A program made the position numbers and the translations under genes. From Minisyncoccota bacterium (GTDB lineage: Bacteria; Patescibacteriota; Minisyncoccia; Minisyncoccales; JAQTVQ01), in the NCBI GenBank assembly GCA_041657385.1, contig JBBABZ010000003.1, positions 8,820 to 72,819 of the forward strand: a stretch of 64,000 nucleotides of DNA, in the 5' to 3' direction. Every line of letters begins with the position of its first letter. Position 1 is the first letter of the stretch. This document shows, one piece after another, positions 58,843 through 64,000 of this stretch. Under the pieces are notes generated by a model. The model had not been told where the DNA came from, ran no database searches, and saw only the letters and a program-made list of their open reading frames with translations.

Positions 58843-59364
58843 ATGGCAAAACTTTTTACGGATGGAAATAAACACAACGAACTTGCTGATGAAGTTATCA
58901 ATGCATCTACGAAAGCTCTTTCATATTTTTTTGAAGAGTGCCAGGAAGCGATTAGAACGAAAGATATAAGCGCAGTTGAGCTGTATCTTTTTTATCTTTG
59001 CCAGACGTGGTTTTTGTTAAAAAGTCATATTTTAGAGATGGGCGCAGACCAAAACGACCAAATGGTATTATTCGGAACAATAATTCATAAATTTTGCAAC
59101 AGAGCTGCCTCCTTAACATTTTCTAAGAACTTAGCGGCGGAAAATAATAATTTAGATTTTTGGGGTCAGGAATTAAAGAAAAATTTGATTTTTTATCAAC
59201 AAATAGCAAATGAGGGGGGAGTGGCTGAATTAATGCAGGTTGCTTATAATAAGATTATTAAGTCTGATGATCAAGATTTTCAATCGGCAACAGGCAAAGC
59301 GTTTTTAGCATCCGCATACATTGCCTCTGTTCATATCGAAGAAAAATTAGAAGAACTAATGTAG
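58843..59364 (+). CDS. Hypothetical protein
   Basis: 173-aa ORF in a co-directional run. Confidence 0.6.
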   Translation: MAKLFTDGNKHNELADEVINASTKALSYFFEECQEAIRTKDISAVELYLFYLCQTWFLLKSHILEMGADQNDQMVLFGTIIHKFCNRAASLTFSKNLAAENNNLDFWGQELKKNLIFYQQIANEGGVAELMQVAYNKIIKSDDQDFQSATGKAFLASAYIASVHIEEKLEELM

Positions 59365-59390
59365 AGAAGCATTTTTTATCTATAAAAATT

Positions 59391-59654
59391 ATGGCTAAAA
59401 AGACTCAAAAACTTTCTAATCTTAGTCCATTCGCATTCCAGAGGGAGCTTTATGCATCTGATGGTATAAACATTATAAGGACAATTCCGACTAAGGGCGG
59501 AAAGGCTCCCTTCATCGCTTATCTTAAAATTGGTTATGGGAAAGAGATTGAAGTCGATTATTCGATTGACGATGTCGCCCAAGTTTTATCTTCCGGATAT
59601 GAAATTACGAAAGAAGATTATGACAAATCTGACGGCGAAGTTAGGAATAGATAG
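59391..59654 (+). CDS. Hypothetical protein
   Basis: 87-aa ORF in a co-directional run. Confidence 0.55.
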   Translation: MAKKTQKLSNLSPFAFQRELYASDGINIIRTIPTKGGKAPFIAYLKIGYGKEIEVDYSIDDVAQVLSSGYEITKEDYDKSDGEVRNR

Positions 59655-59700
59655 TTTCCCGCGGTATGATAACCTTTATTTTTTAAAAGAAAGTTAAGCT

Positions 59701-60237
59701 ATGGATTTTCCTAAGGAGCTACGACCAGCAAATAAAATGGAACTTCGGCTTTCGGATGGCATAGTAGTAGCCTTGCCAGTGGCTTATCCAAAGTTTTTAG
59801 CTTGGAAGGGACCATCTGTTGTTTTTGATTATGGAAACAAGCCCATAATTAATTACAAAGAGGAAGCGTGTTTTGCTGAGCTTGCAGTTCTTCGCCTTTT
59901 ACTTGATCAGGGATGGGACGGAGTGTGGGTTGAAAGTTACGGGGGCACTCATTATTTGCGAAGTATGCCTCAAGCATGGAATTTGCAATCGGAACATATA
60001 TTGATCCCGCAAGACAAAGAATGTTTACTGCAAAAGATATGGAAAGTAGCCAAGACGACGGCTTGTTTCGATGTTTTTGCATGGCACGATGACCAGTTAG
60101 TATTTTTTGAGGCTAAAAGGACAGGAAAAGATAAGCTTACTTCTCCTCAGATAAGATTTATAGAAGGAGCCTTGGCGTGTGGGATATCGCCGGAATCGCT
60201 CATTATTGTTGAGTGGGAAGATATTTCTTCGAGTTAA
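59701..60237 (+). CDS. VRR-NUC-like PD-(D/E)xK nuclease
   Basis: FDVFAW......FFEAK..G.DKL...Q..F. Confidence 0.75.
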   Translation: MDFPKELRPANKMELRLSDGIVVALPVAYPKFLAWKGPSVVFDYGNKPIINYKEEACFAELAVLRLLLDQGWDGVWVESYGGTHYLRSMPQAWNLQSEHILIPQDKECLLQKIWKVAKTTACFDVFAWHDDQLVFFEAKRTGKDKLTSPQIRFIEGALACGISPESLIIVEWEDISSS

Positions 60238-60779
60238 ATTTCTCCTTATAGGCTATTCGGGCGGTCGTCGTTGGTTTTAAGTAATCAGCCGCCGCCGGTA
60301 GGCCTTGCTCTCTTTGACGATAGGAAAAGTGTGTTTTAAAGGTCCCGCCAAAGCGGGATTTTTAAAAGCCGGACGGCGGCGGCTGATTAGTATCCTGAGC
60401 TGGAAATTTTCGGAAAGGCTTTTGCGATAGAGTAAAAGACTTTCGGGAAAAGCGGACCCGCAAAAAACTATAGGAACCGGCCGCCGGAAAATCAAATGTC
60501 TCCGCGTCAGGTGTCATTTGATAGCGAAGCGGTTTATGGCGGCGGTTCCGTTAAATGGTTTTTGGCGGGGGAGCGGTTTCCGGCGGCCCCTGCCTGCTTT
60601 CTTGGAGTCTTGTCACTGGCCTTGGTCAGTTCATCGCGTGATTATGGCTCTATCCATCACATACCTCTGTCCAGGCGCTGTTTTGGCTTGGAGTTACCTC
60701 TTACTTAGGCATTGCTTCCAAAACAGCGCCGTTGACTACGGCAGAACCGTCCGGCGTTCGGATTGGGCCGCTTTCGATA

Positions 60780-60875
60780 GCTAAAAAGTCTGCGTTCTTC
60801 ATTTCTCTGCGTGTTACCTTTACTCTGCGTTCTTAGAACGCAGAGTCAACGCAGAGAGAACGCAGACTTTTTAGC
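60780..60875. repeat. 96-bp long hairpin built from CTCTGCGT/ACGCAGAG units
   Basis: GCTAAAAAGTCTGCGTTCT...AGAACGCAGACTTTTTAGC. Confidence 0.8.
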
Positions 60876-60888
60876 GAGCCAACGCATA

Positions 60889-61021
60889 CCTTTTTACCCC
60901 CACCTGCGGCTAAAATGCGTTGGCTACGGCCCAATCCGAGCGGACCTGCCCGAGCAGGGCCGCGGTCTGCGAGGAGGACTGGGTTTTAGCAAAAATACAG
61001 GCTGACGAGCAATAGTCGGGG
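60889..61021 (-). repeat. Inverted repeat B-right
   Basis: Reverse complement of 43468-43601. Confidence 0.92.
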
Positions 61022-62529
61022 ATGGCAAGACTAAGAATTATTGATAAAATAGGTCCTAGCTTCGTTGTAGATATACTCATTTCAGAAAACGCCAATTTTT
61101 TGGCCGACAATGCCCACGGTTTTTGAAGCGAAATAGACGGTTTTTGGCCGACAATGCGGAAGTCCGAGCCGATTTTTTTGAGGAAGTTTTGTTTTTCCTC
61201 CAAATTTTCACTTTCCGCGATGGAATTGGCTTGAAATGCCTCTAAAATCCATTCTTTGAAGAGTCCGAGCCGAACATTTCCCTTCCGTCCAAAATTTTCC
61301 AGCTCCTCGTTAATTTCAACCTTGCGGTTGAGAAGTTTTTGTTTTTTGGCGGCGTATTCTTCGCGGCTGATCGTTTGGTCTATGTAAGCGTCCAAAAGTC
61401 GGTTTAATTTCGCGTTCACTGTTTTTAGTTCCGTTTTTAAATTTTGGGCGGAATCGTTGGCGGTAGTGGAAAATTTCTTGCGATCATTTTCCCATCGTTT
61501 GAGAAAGTTATTTTTCCATTCCGCGTTTAAAGAAACTTTTTGAAAAAGTTTATTCAGCTGTTCCGATAGATTTTTTTCGCCGATATATTTTTGGTGGCAA
61601 ACGCGGTCTTTCTTGGTACAGCGGTAATAGGTGTATGATTTGCCGGAAGGTTTGACCCTTGTTTCGGCGGTGATCTGGCGGCCGCACTCGCCGCATTTGA
61701 ACACGCCGCGGAAAGCGTAATGTTTCAAACTCTTTGCCTGCGGTTTGCCTCGTTCTCGCATAACGCGTTGAACTTTTTCAAAAAGTTGTTTGGAAATGAT
61801 CGGCTCGTGATTGCCTTGATATATTTCGCCTTTGAATTTAAACAAGCCGTAATAAAACGGATTTTTTAGCATTGTTTGGATTTTGGAAACGGCGATGGCT
61901 TTTCCTTTTCTTTGTCCGGCTAAGCCAATGGAAAAAGAAAGTTTTTGCAAATCTTCCAAAGTATATTTTCCCGTGGCGTAAGCTTCAAAAACTTTCTTGA
62001 CCGCTTCGGCGCGCTGTGTGTCTTTGACAATGGTGTGATGGCGCAGTTCGTTTAGATAGCCGATAGGGGCGTAGGCCGGATAATCGCCGTTTCGCAGTTT
62101 TTGGCGCAATCCGCGCTTGATGTTCTCGCTCAAATTGTCGATGTAATACTTTGACTGGCCGAAAGCGATATTTAACATAAACTTTCCCTGCGGGGTTGCG
62201 TCAAACCAAAAGGTGGGGAATTTTAAGCCGCCAATCTTGCCAGTGTCCACGAGATAAATAATCTTTCCGCCGTCAACGCTATTACGCGCCAGCCTGTCCG
62301 GGTGCCAGCTTAAAATTCCAAAAGACCCGCCCGCTTCTATTTTGGCGATCATTTGGTTGAATATGGGACGGCCTGGAACCTTGGCGGTTTTCGATTCAAT
62401 AAACTCATCGGCGATTTCCAATCCTTCTTTTAAAGCAAATTCTTTTAGCTCCGTTATCTGGGCTTCAATGCTTAGGACTTGGCGTTCTTCTTCGTCCGTG
62501 GATTTTCGAGCGTATAAAAAATATTTCAT
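60910..62529 (-). CDS. Large serine recombinase/integrase 2 (core ends about 61075; 54-aa read-through tail)
   Basis: Colinear paralog of recombinase 1; start MKYFLYARKS at 62529. Confidence 0.95.
   Translation of the reverse strand: MKYFLYARKSTDEEERQVLSIEAQITELKEFALKEGLEIADEFIESKTAKVPGRPIFNQMIAKIEAGGSFGILSWHPDRLARNSVDGGKIIYLVDTGKIGGLKFPTFWFDATPQGKFMLNIAFGQSKYYIDNLSENIKRGLRQKLRNGDYPAYAPIGYLNELRHHTIVKDTQRAEAVKKVFEAYATGKYTLEDLQKLSFSIGLAGQRKGKAIAVSKIQTMLKNPFYYGLFKFKGEIYQGNHEPIISKQLFEKVQRVMRERGKPQAKSLKHYAFRGVFKCGECGRQITAETRVKPSGKSYTYYRCTKKDRVCHQKYIGEKNLSEQLNKLFQKVSLNAEWKNNFLKRWENDRKKFSTTANDSAQNLKTELKTVNAKLNRLLDAYIDQTISREEYAAKKQKLLNRKVEINEELENFGRKGNVRLGLFKEWILEAFQANSIAESENLEEKQNFLKKIGSDFRIVGQKPSISLQKPWALSAKKLAFSEMSISTTKLGPILSIILSLAIPDYCSSACIFAKTQSSSQTAALLGQVRSDWAVANAF
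61076..61167 (-). repeat. Inverted repeat C-left (3' end of recombinase 2)
   Basis: Reverse complement of 62610-62701 with 1 mismatch in 92 bp. Confidence 0.95.
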
Positions 62530-62609
62530 ATTCCTTTTAAGGATAAAAATAATTTGAATTTGTGAAAATTTGGAGGAAAAAAATCGGCTTTCGTTTTCGA
62601 TTAACATTT

Positions 62610-62701
62610 TCGGACTTCCACATTGTCGGCCAAAAACCGTCTATTTCGCTTCAAAAACCGTGGGCATTGTCGGCCAAAAAATTGGCGTTTTCTGAAATGA
62701 G
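62610..62701 (+). repeat. Inverted repeat C-right, continuing in frame into tail CLYEKVRTFFLEENS* (62703-62750)
   Basis: Direct alignment; explains ORF 62562-62750. Confidence 0.95.
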
Positions 62702-63021
62702 CTGTTTGTATGAAAAAGTTCGGACTTTCTTCCTTGAAGAGAACAGCTAAAAACGGTCAAACTGCTCCGGTTTCTGTCTGGTATTTTTGTTGTATCTTTT
62801 TTGAGTAAAAGGCGCAACTTCTTGCCCCCGACTAAGCTCACTTCGCCCTGTTTTGGAGTACCAATCCAGAGCTTCGCTCGCAGACCGGCAACCGGCTTGG
62901 GAATCGGGCTTGGCACAACGCATTTTAGCCGAAAAGATGGGGGGGAGGGGAGAATTTAAAAATATATCGAAGCCGTAGGCTTCGCGTTAAATTTGAAAAA
63001 ACACTATAAAAAAGGTAAATT

Positions 63022-63810
63022 ATGGTTATGAACTACTGGACAAAACTAAGCATTGATTACGCAAGCCAAAAGAGCTACTTGGACGATTTGTTCCAAGTTT
63101 ATCCCACTATCCCAGAGGGAATACGCGATATAGACAAAAACCTTTGGGGGAACATCGAAAAGGCGTTTGAAAAAAAGGATAATGTAGAGTTATTGAACAA
63201 CCTTTTAAAGTTGGATTTATTTCCTATCAAGGATTCTTATGTCGCATATTTAAAAAGGGATAAATCTTCATTAGAAAGAAACCCTGCAACAGTAGATCGT
63301 CTTTGCGGGCGAATATACGAGATCGGGCTAGATAATCTTTTTTCGCAATGCTCGGAGCCTAAAGAAACGAATAGGCAAATCGGGCCATTGTTTAGAAGAT
63401 GGCTAAACAAGAAAAGTTTAGGGATTCAGGCAGTTAAACTAGCCGAATTTAGCAAAACAACTGGCAATGCTATTTTAGACGGCGGCGATGCCGAGATGAT
63501 GCATTTTGCAAAAGAACATTTAAATTACAAGCGAAATAAGGGGCTTGATTTTATTGGTCGATTCAATGGCAAATATGTGATAGGCGAGGCGAAATTTTTA
63601 ACCGATTTTGGGGGTCATCAAAACGCTCAATTTAATGACGCAATTTCGACCCTCAAAACTAAAGGTGTAAAAGCGATACCAGTTGCGATTCTTGACGGAG
63701 TGCTCTACATAGAGGGTAAGAATAAAATGTATAAGGAGATAACAGCTAAGCTAAAGAATGAAAATATTATGAGTAGCTTGGTGCTAAGAGAATTTTTGTA
63801 TCAAATATAA
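63022..63810 (+). CDS. Type II restriction endonuclease (Tsp45I-like, from recall)
   Basis: KGLD...IGEAKFLTD.GGHQ PD-(D/E)xK motif; adjacent to a methyltransferase. Confidence 0.7.
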   Translation: MVMNYWTKLSIDYASQKSYLDDLFQVYPTIPEGIRDIDKNLWGNIEKAFEKKDNVELLNNLLKLDLFPIKDSYVAYLKRDKSSLERNPATVDRLCGRIYEIGLDNLFSQCSEPKETNRQIGPLFRRWLNKKSLGIQAVKLAEFSKTTGNAILDGGDAEMMHFAKEHLNYKRNKGLDFIGRFNGKYVIGEAKFLTDFGGHQNAQFNDAISTLKTKGVKAIPVAILDGVLYIEGKNKMYKEITAKLKNENIMSSLVLREFLYQI

Positions 63811-63819
63811 CTTTTTATT

Positions 63820-64000
63820 ATGTTTTTGGAATACGAAAATAAAAAATCAGAAACAGACATATTGGCCAACACCGAAAAAGTTGAGCTTGAGTTTGTTTCT
63901 GGTCAAAATTCCTCCAACAAACTAATAAAAGGAGATAATCTTGCCGTTTTAAAAACCTTATTAGATGATTACAAATTGGGTGGCAAAATAGACTTAATTT
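63820..64000 (+). CDS. Site-specific DNA methyltransferase, N-terminal fragment
   Basis: NKLIKGDNL..LK.L....GKIDLI, which precedes the DPPY/F motif in N6/N4 MTases; truncated by the window edge. Confidence 0.8.
   Translation, partial: MFLEYENKKSETDILANTEKVELEFVSGQNSSNKLIKGDNLAVLKTLLDDYKLGGKIDLI

Larger units (their letters stand above)
41735..61080. mobile_element. Integrative (probably mobilizable) defence island 1 at tRNA-Gly
   Basis: Serine recombinase fused to the tRNA 3' end; CTCAT core at both ends (41737, 61076); RM, relaxase and coupling ATPase cargo. Confidence 0.85.
61076..64000. mobile_element. Integrative element 2, in tandem; continues beyond window
   Basis: Same architecture as element 1, with RM cargo. 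Confidence 0.8.

Noticed and set aside
60277-61005. Several 64-88 aa ORFs
   Set aside because: They overlap each other and hairpin or repeat DNA, with no recognisable motifs.
62530-62607. N-terminal extension of recombinase 2 in the ORF track
   Set aside because: Paralog 1 begins at MKYFLYARKS, so 62529 is the likely start.
41735-62701. Inverted repeats as assembly artefacts
   Set aside because: The copies carry mismatches and recur with element-specific sequence in two separate elements; reads should still be checked.
62562-62750. 62-aa plus-strand ORF as an independent gene
   Set aside because: It is the inverted copy of the recombinase 2 3' end plus the tail; its N-terminal part is not conserved in frame in element 1.

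Overview
This window looks like a compact Patescibacteria (CPR, Parcubacteria-like) chromosome; the taxon is my inference from gene content and repeat types. Bases 1-41.7 kb are housekeeping genes: murB, hpf, secA/D/F, a CPR-type VirD4-like ATPase, pgk, recJ, a type IV pilin, alaS, infA through rpsI, murA, two mreB, holB, frr, rseP, proS, gatCA, RNase P RNA, murJ, lepA and tRNA-Gly(CCC). This part carries many short palindromic repeats, some inserted in-frame in genes or inside rnpB. From the tRNA 3' end onward are two tandem integrative elements, each headed by a large serine recombinase. Element 1 (about 41.7-61.1 kb) carries a type I RM system with embedded DUF2130 and OLD nuclease genes, a relaxase plus coupling ATPase, and further nucleases. 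Element 2 (61.1 kb to the window end) starts with a type II RM system. The most striking feature is that each recombinase gene sits between 92-94 bp inverted copies of its own 3' end. The upstream copy continues in frame into an alternative 15-aa C-terminus, and the element 1 cargo is bracketed by a second, ~134 bp inverted repeat. This suggests a self-inverting integrase switch.
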